A stretch of 64,000 nucleotides of DNA, taken from positions 81,439 to 145,438 of the forward strand of contig DAQX01000008.1 in the NCBI GenBank assembly GCA_002503055.1, given 5' to 3'. The DNA is from Euryarchaeota archaeon UBA86. GTDB lineage: Archaea > Thermoplasmatota > Poseidoniia > Poseidoniales > Thalassarchaeaceae. The notes beneath the pieces are model-generated. The model ran no database searches and was not told where the DNA came from. It saw only the letters and a program-made list of their open reading frames with translations. Of the stretch, positions 28,561 through 38,726 are shown one piece after another; position 1 is the stretch's first letter; every line of letters starts with the position of its first letter. Position numbers and translations under genes: made by a program.

Positions 28561-31029
28561 TTAGCCTTCTACAGTTGCCGACTCGCCGTCTGAGTCATCT
28601 GAACCTTCAGACTCGATTTCTTCCTCAGTCTCGTAGTAGTAGACCTCGGTTTCATCGTAACCTGGCAACTCCAGCTCAACCATGGAAGTGAGGTCATCAG
28701 TCCTGTGAACAGAGGCTCCGGCGGCGGAGAAGGCATAGATGTAGTCGCCCATGAAAATCGATCTGCGTATGCTGGTCGAGCCGCTCCACCAATCAGACAG
28801 TCCGTCATCGTTGTAGAACTCAGAATGGTTTACCATTCCATGAGTAGATAGTGTTCCATTCTCTGCATCGACATTAATCAGTTCAAGTGTTGAAACAAAC
28901 TCGTAACCCGAGTATGTGTAGGTCCTGTCCTCGAACTCAATCTGTTCGTAGATGTACCTGTATGTCGACAGTGGCACTGCGAGTAGTTGCTCTGGAGCCC
29001 AATAGGTGAATGCCTTGTGTTCGTATGTGGCCTCAGAGTAGGACCACGACCATCCGCATCCCCATTCGTCACAATGGTCATCTTCGTAGGCAGGCGACAA
29101 CTGGAGTGAGTCCGCTAGTGTGGGGTTTGTTGGATCACTGACATCGAAAAGTGATACCTGAGTCATGGACCAGTCTAGTCCGAGTCCATCTGGCCCTGGG
29201 CCGATTCCAATTGTCAGAAGAGTGTCTGAATCAACTGGATGGATATATGTAGAGACTCCCGGAACCTCCAGCTCTCCTAAGATTACTGGGTTGGTTGGGT
29301 TAGTTAGGTCGATTACCCACAGAGGGTCGATAATCTCGAATGTAACTAAGTAAGCCCTGTCGCCAACGAAACGAGCGCTCCAGATACGCTCATCTGGCGC
29401 GATGTTTCCTACATGTCCAATCTGAACCATTTCAGAAGATTCGTCATCACAGCCCTCTGGAATCATGCACTCCGCAACTGCGAGAGTGAACACATTGTTG
29501 GTCGGTCCAGTCCATTCCTCTGTTCCTTCTAGCCACCAGCGACCCCAAGCGTCTTCAGTTGTTGCTACACGGATTATTCCGTTGTACTCTGAGATGGAAA
29601 ACTGATCCTGAACTGTACCATCAACTCGCCCTGAGGCTACATATGTCGTCTCTGAAGGATTGCTAATATCGAAGACATGGATATTGGTTGCATCGTCCCA
29701 GCCGAAGTTCCTCCAGAACCACCACCAGTCATTGGCTGGCTCTGCGAGTACCATCACATCCTGTGAAGCATATACATGCGCCCACGAGGAAGTGATGTGG
29801 TCCAGTTGCATCTCAGACTCATCTCCGAGTAATCCGATTGTCATGATTGTGCTAAAGCCGCGACCTGCGCTGTCGGAGCTGGCAGAGAACTCGCCACAGT
29901 CTTCCGAAGTCGTAGGATGTTGGAAGAGTCCATCTTCGCCCACCTCATACAGATGGGGTGCGAAGTCATCCAGAGTCAAATCGTCGATAATCGCCTGATT
30001 TGCTGCGATGGTCTCCTCCATGCTCTGGTTCCAAATTTCCATCTTCTGCTCATCGGTATCTGCCTCCCAGTAATTCTCTGGAAGATAGACCCAAGTCCTG
30101 AGTCCATCGATATGCGTCCAAAGGTGAGTGACTGAGCGCATTGTCCCATCGACTAGTCTTGCAGTGTGGTAGTTGCCCTCAATGTACAATTCACGCTCGA
30201 CCTCGGGTGCACTCCTGTCTGTTATGTCCACTACAGTATACTTGACCAAGTTCTGAACACGGGTGTAGGTGTAGGAATACTCCTCCTCGCCGGGGTAACT
30301 GACTGTGACCTCTTCGGACATGAGTTCCCTAAGTGGATCATCGTGAGGTAGACTCCAGTAGTAGATGGATGATGCAATGACCAGTCTGTCGCCCTCAAGC
30401 ATCATCTGCATAGGATAACCCTGAATGCTAAGGTTGGACTCAAGAGTGAGTTCACCAAACTCTGGCACGCCCATGATTACCAGAAGGTTTCCATTCAGCA
30501 TGTAGATGTGGTAACCGTCAGTCTTCAGAAAGTCAGCCTCATCTACGCCTTCTTCCTGGTTGTTAGTTCCTGAGAACTCGCCCTCACGATCAGAGTCGCT
30601 ATCGGCAGATCCACCGGCATTGGAGCCAGAGTCATCTACTGCAGACTCGGGTGCTCCGTCCATCATTGCTACGCCTTCCTCCAACCATACTCCGCCACCA
30701 CGCCAGACAGGGCCAGCCCAATGCCAGTATGACTGCTGGTCTAGTGAGACTAACATTTCATTGTAGATTGACTCCTGTAGATCTCCTAGAAGTAGGTCGC
30801 ATTGGTCGTAAGTCTCGAGTACAGGCGTAGACCTCTCTCGCTCAGGCAGGTCGAGGTGAGGATATTCACTATCGAGCCAATCGAGGACTGAGTCAATGAC
30901 CTCATCCTCGACATCGACTATGTCTTCTACCGCGCCCAGACACCCTGAGCTAAGCATCATCATTATTGCCACAATTGCAGTCTTTGGGCCTGCGTTCATG
31001 TTGACTGCCAACGGCCTAATAGATATCAA
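28561..31029 (-). CDS. Secreted beta-propeller-domain protein (PF09826-like) with a lipobox-like signal peptide and an acidic C-terminal tail.
   Basis: The signal peptide ends in SSGC. TNNQEEGVDEADFLKTDGYHIY resembles the beta-propeller-domain family motif. No TM anchor is present. Confidence 0.55.
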   Translation of the reverse strand: MISIRPLAVNMNAGPKTAIVAIMMMLSSGCLGAVEDIVDVEDEVIDSVLDWLDSEYPHLDLPERERSTPVLETYDQCDLLLGDLQESIYNEMLVSLDQQSYWHWAGPVWRGGGVWLEEGVAMMDGAPESAVDDSGSNAGGSADSDSDREGEFSGTNNQEEGVDEADFLKTDGYHIYMLNGNLLVIMGVPEFGELTLESNLSIQGYPMQMMLEGDRLVIASSIYYWSLPHDDPLRELMSEEVTVSYPGEEEYSYTYTRVQNLVKYTVVDITDRSAPEVERELYIEGNYHTARLVDGTMRSVTHLWTHIDGLRTWVYLPENYWEADTDEQKMEIWNQSMEETIAANQAIIDDLTLDDFAPHLYEVGEDGLFQHPTTSEDCGEFSASSDSAGRGFSTIMTIGLLGDESEMQLDHITSSWAHVYASQDVMVLAEPANDWWWFWRNFGWDDATNIHVFDISNPSETTYVASGRVDGTVQDQFSISEYNGIIRVATTEDAWGRWWLEGTEEWTGPTNNVFTLAVAECMIPEGCDDESSEMVQIGHVGNIAPDERIWSARFVGDRAYLVTFEIIDPLWVIDLTNPTNPVILGELEVPGVSTYIHPVDSDTLLTIGIGPGPDGLGLDWSMTQVSLFDVSDPTNPTLADSLQLSPAYEDDHCDEWGCGWSWSYSEATYEHKAFTYWAPEQLLAVPLSTYRYIYEQIEFEDRTYTYSGYEFVSTLELINVDAENGTLSTHGMVNHSEFYNDDGLSDWWSGSTSIRRSIFMGDYIYAFSAAGASVHRTDDLTSMVELELPGYDETEVYYYETEEEIESEGSDDSDGESATVEG

Positions 31030-31310
31030 GCGGTTGGTTCAGTGATTTGACACTAAGACTGTTCAATTAGCAAAGGAATCGGCCTATTGAGAGGTCCCGG
31101 GGCTGGAATCGGATCTTCAGAATCCTCCCCCTCTAGGGTCAGGGCACTCGTCGTTGTAACGTCTCCTTCTTCGTCGAAACCGGAGACGAGGGCTTGCGTA
31201 CCGCTCATGAAAATCAGGGCGGCGATGTGTAGGTCCAAGTTTCGGTCCATGGAACCCCTATCATCGTCATCTGGATGATAAGTGACTTGGGTTCTTGAGT
31301 CATTCTTGCA

Positions 31311-34300
31311 TCATAGAGAATTCTGATCATCAAACTCTTCGTCCAATTCTCGGGGATTAAACCCAGACCAAGACTCAATCATGTCTAGATCCTTAGCAAT
31401 CTGTCTCCTTCTAGTTCCGACATACGCAATTCCAGCCATAATCGCCACGGTTAGTACAACAATGAGGAAAGGAAGGCCGCTTCCTAGCAACCAGTCGACC
31501 AAATTGGTTTCCTCTGGCGTCTCAATCTGTACTATCTCTACAAGTCCGGGGCTGACTGTATCTCCGTCTAATGCCCAGACCTCGACTCTTGCGGTGGAAC
31601 CCGAAAGTGTCCAAATTGAAAGGTAAGACCAGATGCCATCATTCGCAAATTGGTCGCCCTCTACTCCGTCATCACGGAACTCGAGTGTCTGAGATACTCC
31701 GGATGATCGCAACTCTCCCCTGACAGAATTGGTAGTCCCGTCGGGGTCGACTAATCTGACAGTAATCAGCACTGGAGTAGGGTCATCGTTTTCGAATACA
31801 ACTGGATTGACCTCGAGTTCGTAGAGTTGGGGTGAACTGGAGCCAATTGTGAGGTTGATTGACATGGATGAGGCCGCCCCTCTAGAGTCTTTGACAAGTA
31901 GATCGACGCGAACTGGTCCCGGGGGAAATGTAGCTGAGTAAACCTGTTTGTCACTGAGAAGAGTACCGTCAGATAGACTCCACTGATAGAGAATGATATC
32001 ATCATCGTAGTCGTAGGATTCTGAAGCGTCGAGCATTACAGGTTCTCCGGGAGGAATGTACTGTCCTTCAGTAAGTCCGGCTATTCCTGCCACAGGTCCA
32101 GTCTCAAGAACCGTAAGAACCTGTGAATGTACTCGCTGCATACCGGTGGAGTCGGTCAGTTCGAATCTTAGAGTATGTACTCCTGCAGGAAGGTAATCAT
32201 TGTACCAATAATTAGTGGTCTTGTCTTCAAGAATTGGTTCTGACATAATGTCTGAATAGACGCTTACTGTGAAATCGTCTCCATCAGGGTCGAACGACTG
32301 TCGGAAGTCGAAGAGAACTGGTAAGTTCGAGTAGACCTCGATACCAGGCATCGGAGAGTCGAGGACTAGCACAGGGGCGGCTTCGTCGACTCTGACCATA
32401 ATTTGGTAGGAATCGCTAGCCCCTGAACCGTCTTCGATAGTCAAGGTGACTTGATGGACACCTTCTGGCAACCTGGTCTGTAGAATCCATCCACTACCCA
32501 TCGGCTCACTGAGCTTGTCACTCTCCCAAAGTACGCTGACTAAATCGGTACTCTGATCGGTGAAAGGGTTGCAGACAAGTCCACTACCATTATTGAGAAG
32601 ATCAGTGCAGGCAGCATCCCAGTCGCCTGAGCCAGTGGCATCGAACAGAAGCAGCTCTCCTGAATCGGTAAGGATACCATCAGATGGGCTCGCGATGATT
32701 GCCACGGGTGGAGAATTGATTACTCTAAGTTCATTGCTAGTGGTACTCCACATACCAGCATGATTAGCCAAATCATCACTCGCGTGCATAGTAATCAGAT
32801 GGTCTCCTTTCGACAAGGTTCCTTCCCAGATTATCTCTGAATCAGGAGTAACTCCGGATGCTAGGAGTCCGTCCCTATCACTCCAGAACTCAAATCTGAC
32901 AGCATCTCCCTCTGGGTCAAATGTGTCGGATCCATCCAATCGAACTGTGTCAGAGGACTTTTCTCCTGATCGAATAATTTCCATACTGGCCACAGGTATC
33001 TCGTTAAACAGTTCGACATTGAAGGTCCAAGAGACTGGGACATTGACTCCATCTGAGGCATACACAGTGACTGAGAACTGATTGGGCGCTCCCGGGAAGG
33101 AGGTGATGATAGTGTCTAGACACTCAGAATCTCCCGATGGAGGTTGCCCAGTTCCATCTCCATACGAGGTCTCGACCCAGCAGTTCAGTTCGTCCCCTTC
33201 TGGGTCATAGGTACTCGCTAAGTGAATTGTAACATTGGCAGTGATGCCAAGATAAAGAGTCCCCCATGAGGAGATAGTAGGAGTAGTTCCTACCGATAGC
33301 ACAGGAGGTAGGTTGATCAACTCAATTTCCCTAGTCTCTTGCACGCAATGGTTGTCAGTATCACAAACCTCGAGAGTAATCTGGTGTGTTCCATCAGATA
33401 GACAGGTTGTCGGTCCTGAATTTGCTTCAAAGACTGAGCCATTTCCATTTAGTGGGCCACAAGTACTCGACAGGTCTCCATCGATATTACTAGTCCAAGA
33501 GTATGACAAATCATCTAGGTCAAGATCCCATGAGCTTGAGGCATTGAATGGGACTACGCTACCGCTTGCTAATATGTCCTCATCAGCAGGTGAATCCCAA
33601 AGAATGAATGGTGGCTGATTCTGTAACTCAAGGCGACAGAATATCGACAAATCCGAGTTTAGTTCGAAGGATGTGGAGTCATTGTGCACTCCATCGTAAT
33701 CGCATCCAGTATACACCATGTTAGTGTCTGACCATCCTTGCATCGGAGTCCAGCGCTCTCCGATGAATGGGCCGTATGTCTCAATTCCTGAGTAGGGCAT
33801 GGTGGCGGTATGTTCAGACTCATACAGATCGAATGACATGTTGACTTCCGCATGAGGAATATGTAGTAGGTTCTGATTCACCACATGCACCTCTACCGGC
33901 CACATCACATCGGCAATGTTGTCCGATCCAGTAAATGTCGGAGTACCGAAATTAGAGGACGATATCCACCTTAGGTGGCTATTGCCCAGCATATCGAAGG
34001 TGTCAGATGATCCGGATGAGAACCATGAATCGGTGAAGTTAGCGAAACTATCCAACATGGAGGCGGGAGCGCTTGAATCGCAGTCAAGTGCAATGTTGTC
34101 GGAAAACAACTCGCTGTGATCGACCAAGTCTAGACAAGAGGCTGTATTTCCTATGATGAAGCTGTTCTCAAAGAAGGAGCTGATCTGACCATCGGCATCC
34201 CAGAGCATGCCTCCATTATCTCCACTGAGATCAACTCCTCTGACAATTCCATCGACCTCATCGAGTTCTATGGCATGGCTGCTAGAGTTGCTAGCAACTC

Positions 34301-35960
34301 TTAGATCATCGATGATTACTGTACCATGGTGGTCCATTCCCGAGTTATCAATATCTAGAGCGGGACCATTTACAGAATCTCTGATTTCTGTAGACAATAG
34401 TTGCAAATCGACGCTTTCGCGTACGACTATGCCATGCTGGTCCTGAATCGAAGTACACTCGAAGCAAGTGACATTCTTACCTCCACTCATCACATCATTC
34501 GACTCTTCAAAGTAAATCCCAGCACCTAATTCGGGAAGCGTGACTCCGAGTCCATTCTGAAATGTAGAAACATATGCCAGTTCGACATTACTTGAGTCTC
34601 TAACTGAAACCCCATGGCCGGCGTTTCCTATACTGAGAATACCTGAGAGATCCGGATGGAACTCTCTCAAATCGACTCCGTTGGCGCCATTACCCGTAAT
34701 CACCCAGTCTGCGCCTTGGGCTCCACCTTTCCACAATAGAACACCAGGTCCGGTGGAATTAGTCACCACGAGATCGTTGATTGTGGGAGCCCAGTTTGCG
34801 CTGCGCATGAACATCCCTGCTCTGTCATTAATTGGTGCACTTGAACTCGCTCTTCCATTGCTGTGGAGTTCGATTCCATTCAGTATGGTAGAGGGTCCAA
34901 TCATGTATGCCTTGAAGCCAACAGCCATGTTATCTTCGATTAGAGCGTCGGTGACTCTCACACCGCTAGTATTCACCTCAAAAGCAGCGTACCCCAGCCC
35001 TGGAGTCTTGGCCCCTGGTCCTCCGGTACCTCTCAAGACTAAGTCGTTGAAGATAGCATTGTGAGGTACATTGGAAAATAGGCTGTGATTGTACTGCTCT
35101 ACCATTACTCCTCGGTATTGGCTGTCCTCAACCGTAAGTCCTACGAAGTTAGGTCGTGTTGTCCAGCCAGAAGTGATGTGTCGAACATAGACTCCATTGT
35201 CACAACGAGTCACCGTGGAATCAGAAATTAGAGGAATTGAGTCTTCGACCCAGATGCCTGCAGCTATGGCTAGAGTCGATCCAGTGATGTTGGAGATCTC
35301 AAGATTGGAAATCAGACCGCCTGAGTTTCCCCAATAGTTTACACCTCTAGTGATTAATCCATCAGCAGTTAATCCATCCACAATTGGGGCTGAATATGCC
35401 CCGACGGAGAGTCCTATCCCGTATCTCCACGAAGTTGAGATTCCGTGTAGGTCTTGTCCTCCTCCATCAATTACCAAATCGTTGATTCGTGGAGAAGCCC
35501 CATCAAACAAGTCAACTGCGACCCTGTCCGCATTAATCACTTTGAGATCGTTGAGAGTAGGGTCACTGTCGTATATTGTGACCCCCCACTCAGCATCGGT
35601 TATGGTAAGGTTCTCAATCTTCGAGCCCAAACCACTGCTGCTAGAGTTGAACACAATGCCCTCGTGGTTACCAATGATGGACTCAAGAATGACCGGGTCG
35701 GACGAAGTCCCCTGAACAGTAATTCTACCAGCAACGAGAATGCTCTGATCATCACCAAGTTGGATAGTGGTGCCAGACTGAACAACTAGTATATCTCCGC
35801 TCTCTACTGTGTATCCACTAGTTAGTGTCACTGTACCAGACCATACGGTCGTAGAACGGGGTCCAGAGCTAGATGTTGCCACGGCTAGAGGCGCATAGGA
35901 CGCAAGAAGGAGCGCGACTAACGCTATGACGGCCATGCGGCCGTCCTGTCGTTCAAGCAT
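31311..35960 (-). CDS. Giant (1549 aa) surface protein. It has right-handed parallel beta-helix repeats, PKD/Ig-like domains and a C-terminal TM anchor.
   Basis: An N-terminal signal peptide is followed by repeated G-x-x-I-x-I/NxxG beta-helix turns and YSWTSN-type Ig-like segments. The C-terminus is LPFLIVVLTVAIMAGIAYVGTRRRQ. Confidence 0.7.
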   Translation of the reverse strand: MLERQDGRMAVIALVALLLASYAPLAVATSSSGPRSTTVWSGTVTLTSGYTVESGDILVVQSGTTIQLGDDQSILVAGRITVQGTSSDPVILESIIGNHEGIVFNSSSSGLGSKIENLTITDAEWGVTIYDSDPTLNDLKVINADRVAVDLFDGASPRINDLVIDGGGQDLHGISTSWRYGIGLSVGAYSAPIVDGLTADGLITRGVNYWGNSGGLISNLEISNITGSTLAIAAGIWVEDSIPLISDSTVTRCDNGVYVRHITSGWTTRPNFVGLTVEDSQYRGVMVEQYNHSLFSNVPHNAIFNDLVLRGTGGPGAKTPGLGYAAFEVNTSGVRVTDALIEDNMAVGFKAYMIGPSTILNGIELHSNGRASSSAPINDRAGMFMRSANWAPTINDLVVTNSTGPGVLLWKGGAQGADWVITGNGANGVDLREFHPDLSGILSIGNAGHGVSVRDSSNVELAYVSTFQNGLGVTLPELGAGIYFEESNDVMSGGKNVTCFECTSIQDQHGIVVRESVDLQLLSTEIRDSVNGPALDIDNSGMDHHGTVIIDDLRVASNSSSHAIELDEVDGIVRGVDLSGDNGGMLWDADGQISSFFENSFIIGNTASCLDLVDHSELFSDNIALDCDSSAPASMLDSFANFTDSWFSSGSSDTFDMLGNSHLRWISSSNFGTPTFTGSDNIADVMWPVEVHVVNQNLLHIPHAEVNMSFDLYESEHTATMPYSGIETYGPFIGERWTPMQGWSDTNMVYTGCDYDGVHNDSTSFELNSDLSIFCRLELQNQPPFILWDSPADEDILASGSVVPFNASSSWDLDLDDLSYSWTSNIDGDLSSTCGPLNGNGSVFEANSGPTTCLSDGTHQITLEVCDTDNHCVQETREIELINLPPVLSVGTTPTISSWGTLYLGITANVTIHLASTYDPEGDELNCWVETSYGDGTGQPPSGDSECLDTIITSFPGAPNQFSVTVYASDGVNVPVSWTFNVELFNEIPVASMEIIRSGEKSSDTVRLDGSDTFDPEGDAVRFEFWSDRDGLLASGVTPDSEIIWEGTLSKGDHLITMHASDDLANHAGMWSTTSNELRVINSPPVAIIASPSDGILTDSGELLLFDATGSGDWDAACTDLLNNGSGLVCNPFTDQSTDLVSVLWESDKLSEPMGSGWILQTRLPEGVHQVTLTIEDGSGASDSYQIMVRVDEAAPVLVLDSPMPGIEVYSNLPVLFDFRQSFDPDGDDFTVSVYSDIMSEPILEDKTTNYWYNDYLPAGVHTLRFELTDSTGMQRVHSQVLTVLETGPVAGIAGLTEGQYIPPGEPVMLDASESYDYDDDIILYQWSLSDGTLLSDKQVYSATFPPGPVRVDLLVKDSRGAASSMSINLTIGSSSPQLYELEVNPVVFENDDPTPVLITVRLVDPDGTTNSVRGELRSSGVSQTLEFRDDGVEGDQFANDGIWSYLSIWTLSGSTARVEVWALDGDTVSPGLVEIVQIETPEETNLVDWLLGSGLPFLIVVLTVAIMAGIAYVGTRRRQIAKDLDMIESWSGFNPRELDEEFDDQNSL

Positions 35961-36070
35961 GGCTTCGGGCTCGCTCTCTGACTGTTATCCCTTGCGGGCT
36001 GATGAGCAGTGAGGGATTATCGCACAGCAGAGGTCATAAACACCAACCGAACGGGTCGCTTTGAGGACTC

Positions 36071-36304
36071 ATGAGTACAGCATTTGTACTAATCAGGGCC
36101 GAGCCTGGTTGCGAGCGAGAGGTCTACTTGTCGCTGTTGGACATCGACAGAATCACAGAGACTCATGTCGCTTACGGAGAGTACGACATCATAGCTAGAA
36201 TCGACTTCGATGATGAGCATGAGATGGCACAGACTCTCATCGGTCAGATGAGATCATTACCTGGCATTATCAAGACTGAGACTCTGATTGCTGTGGAGGT
36301 CTGA
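36071..36304 (+). CDS. Stand-alone RAM-domain protein (Lrp/AsnC C-terminal ligand-binding domain only).
   Basis: The 77-aa pattern VLIRAEPG.E.EV...L..I..I.E.HV.YGEYDIIARI..DD...... .LPGIIKTETLIAV is present. Confidence 0.7.
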   Translation: MSTAFVLIRAEPGCEREVYLSLLDIDRITETHVAYGEYDIIARIDFDDEHEMAQTLIGQMRSLPGIIKTETLIAVEV

Positions 36305-36306
36305 GA

Positions 36307-36540
36307 ATGGCTGTTGGATTCGTACTAATCACTACCGAGACTGGTTGCGAGGTGTCTGTTAGAGAGGCTGTCAGCGCGATTGAAGGAGTCGTCGGACAGT
36401 GGATTGTCTTCGGTCCGCATGACCTGTTTGTGAAGGTCGAGGCAGATGATGAATCGGAGTTAACTCGCTGTATCGTGAAGGGTATCAGAGAGGTTCCCGG
36501 AATCATTGAGACTAGGACGCTAATCGGTGCTGAAATCTAA
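36307..36540 (+). CDS. Stand-alone RAM-domain protein, a paralog of the preceding gene.
   Basis: The same 77-aa architecture is present, separated from the first by 2 nt (tandem duplication). Confidence 0.7.
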   Translation: MAVGFVLITTETGCEVSVREAVSAIEGVVGQWIVFGPHDLFVKVEADDESELTRCIVKGIREVPGIIETRTLIGAEI

Positions 36541-38726
36541 ATCTCGCGGGCAATCATCGAAATCAGTTGATTGGCTGCTGAGCTACACTCGGCCATCCTG
36601 AATCTGCTCACAGCCTCGTTCCAATGAGAGAGGCGGTAATTTGGCTCCAACACGCCTCTCCAGTACCATCTCTGAGCGTTCAGCCTGCGCTGCATAGGTG
36701 AGTCATCACGCAGTCTGAAGCCAACTATTGATGAGTGTGCTTCTACTAGCCAGTCGGGATGTTTGTCCATGGACTCAAGAGTGGCATGAATCAGTCTTAT
36801 TCTGTAAATTCCCTCTGACGACTCGATCGCCTTACGGATAGCATTCATTGCCTCTAGAGGAATGTTTCCTTCAGTCAGAGAAGAGAGGCTTGACCTGAGG
36901 TCCAGCAGAGATACTGCACTGGGATCTTCTCCTATACTGATTTCAATCGAGGTACGAGCCCGTGCGGCCTCCGAAAGGTTGCCTGAATCTAGTGCGATAC
37001 TATGCCTGACTAGCTCTATTGACAGGTTCCCTGCCGCCCTATATGGTTCGGCTAGACCGGAGAGGTCGATTGAGTCTGCTAAGGAGATAAGTTGAGTTGC
37101 CAACGATTGTTGAATCCTACCTGGTAGTCGGTCGTCATGGAGTCTGACGAGTGCAGATATTGTGGTCTTTGCGCGCTCTTCGGGTTGCATCTCGGACAAT
37201 GCACTCGATTCGAGTTCCATTGCAGCCTCCGAATCGCCTCTCATCCTAGCTACTCTTGCTAGACGCATCTTACTTGATGGTCCTGGGCTTAACTCGGAGA
37301 TGTGATTCTCTGCGATTGAAACCTCTCCTCTATCAAGAGCCAGGTCTGCAGCAGCTTCTCTGAGTGGCTCGGAGTCACTAATTTCGACTGCCTGTTCTAG
37401 AACCACAGCGGCAGCCGCACTATCCTCATCGGCGATACTGCCGATGTTCTCACTAATCCAATCTGTATCCATCTCTCCTGCATTCATCATGTGGTGACTC
37501 TGGATTCTGCGAGCCCTTGCTCCGTCTCTGGTTGACCATAGACTCGCGGCCTTGGAGTGCATAGACTTGGCTTGATCAGAAGACCATGTTCCTCGCCTGA
37601 CATTTCTGATTAGGTGATGAGGTTCAGCAATTGTTCCCATCCACCTGAGAATTGCGGCCTCATCAAGTTCCAAGGTTCCAGACTCGTCAAACAATTCCTC
37701 AATCGCAAGAGGAGTTGGAGATATACAAAGTTCGTCGAGTGTGGTCATTCCATCCTCACTCAGCCTGCGCATCACTGTTGACTCGACGAAGTCCTGTACC
37801 GCTTCAACTCTCTCTGGAAGTGTCTCCCCGGGAGACCATAGGTGTAGTGCAAGTGGGTGACCTGCTAACTTCTCCGCCACGCTCACGGCCTCCTTCTCGT
37901 CCAAATCACTAGGTAGAATCTCAATTGCATGTTTGGACTCCAGTCCATCTAATACAACCTCTGAGAGTGTTTGAAGTGGCCCGAATGGACTAGGTGATCT
38001 GACTACAACGAGAATGGGCGAATCGCTAGACGCGGCCTGATTAATCAAATCAGCAACTCCATCAGAGTGGCGATGGTGCAACTCTTGAGCTTCATCGATT
38101 ACGAGTAGTGTTCTCTGTCCTGCCGCTGAAGAAATAATAGTCGAGGAGTCGCTCAGATTCTCGCCTAACCACATCTCTCCTATTGTAGAAGTGTCTGAGT
38201 CGATTGAACAAGAGGCCCATCGGACTGCCCAGCCGCTGTTTACGACTATCTCGGCGATATCTCTCGCCAGACTGGACTTGCCCACCCCTGGAAGTCCGCT
38301 GAGAAGAACGCTAGTTCCCCCAGTAAGCATATCGACTAAATTTTCTGATATCTCAACCCTACCGTGAAGAGTTGACTTATCTGGCAGTGGCCCGTAACTT
38401 CTACCTCTTCTAGTGGCAGATTCCGGTTCGTTCTCTGAGAGAACCTGTCTACCAGCATCAGTGATATGGACTACAGTTCTACGACGAGAACCTCCTCCGA
38501 TTACATGTGCTTTTCGAGTAGTAATCAGGCCATCCTCTTCCATCGATGTAAGTGGGATGTGAAGAGCCGATCTAACCACTCCTAGAGATTCGGCGAGACC
38601 GGGGAGTGAGAGTTCACGGGGCACATCCCAAGTCTGTTTCATCTCATCTCCAAACTGGGCGAGTCGGGCGAGGATACGACGCTGGGCCTCGGGAATCACA
38701 GTATGCGAGCAAAGGCACGGGTTCAT
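36537..38726 (-). CDS. STAND-class P-loop NTPase with an N-terminal winged helix-turn-helix and a C-terminal TPR-like alpha-solenoid.
   Basis: A wHTH spans about aa 10-100. Walker A is GLPGVGKSS and Walker B is LLVIDEAQE. A GxP-type motif (LAGHPLALHLW) sits as in NB-ARC/AP-ATPases. About 380 aa of Ala/Leu/Arg-rich helical repeats follow. Confidence 0.65.
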   Translation of the reverse strand: MNPCLCSHTVIPEAQRRILARLAQFGDEMKQTWDVPRELSLPGLAESLGVVRSALHIPLTSMEEDGLITTRKAHVIGGGSRRRTVVHITDAGRQVLSENEPESATRRGRSYGPLPDKSTLHGRVEISENLVDMLTGGTSVLLSGLPGVGKSSLARDIAEIVVNSGWAVRWASCSIDSDTSTIGEMWLGENLSDSSTIISSAAGQRTLLVIDEAQELHHRHSDGVADLINQAASSDSPILVVVRSPSPFGPLQTLSEVVLDGLESKHAIEILPSDLDEKEAVSVAEKLAGHPLALHLWSPGETLPERVEAVQDFVESTVMRRLSEDGMTTLDELCISPTPLAIEELFDESGTLELDEAAILRWMGTIAEPHHLIRNVRRGTWSSDQAKSMHSKAASLWSTRDGARARRIQSHHMMNAGEMDTDWISENIGSIADEDSAAAAVVLEQAVEISDSEPLREAAADLALDRGEVSIAENHISELSPGPSSKMRLARVARMRGDSEAAMELESSALSEMQPEERAKTTISALVRLHDDRLPGRIQQSLATQLISLADSIDLSGLAEPYRAAGNLSIELVRHSIALDSGNLSEAARARTSIEISIGEDPSAVSLLDLRSSLSSLTEGNIPLEAMNAIRKAIESSEGIYRIRLIHATLESMDKHPDWLVEAHSSIVGFRLRDDSPMQRRLNAQRWYWRGVLEPNYRLSHWNEAVSRFRMAECSSAANQLISMIAREI

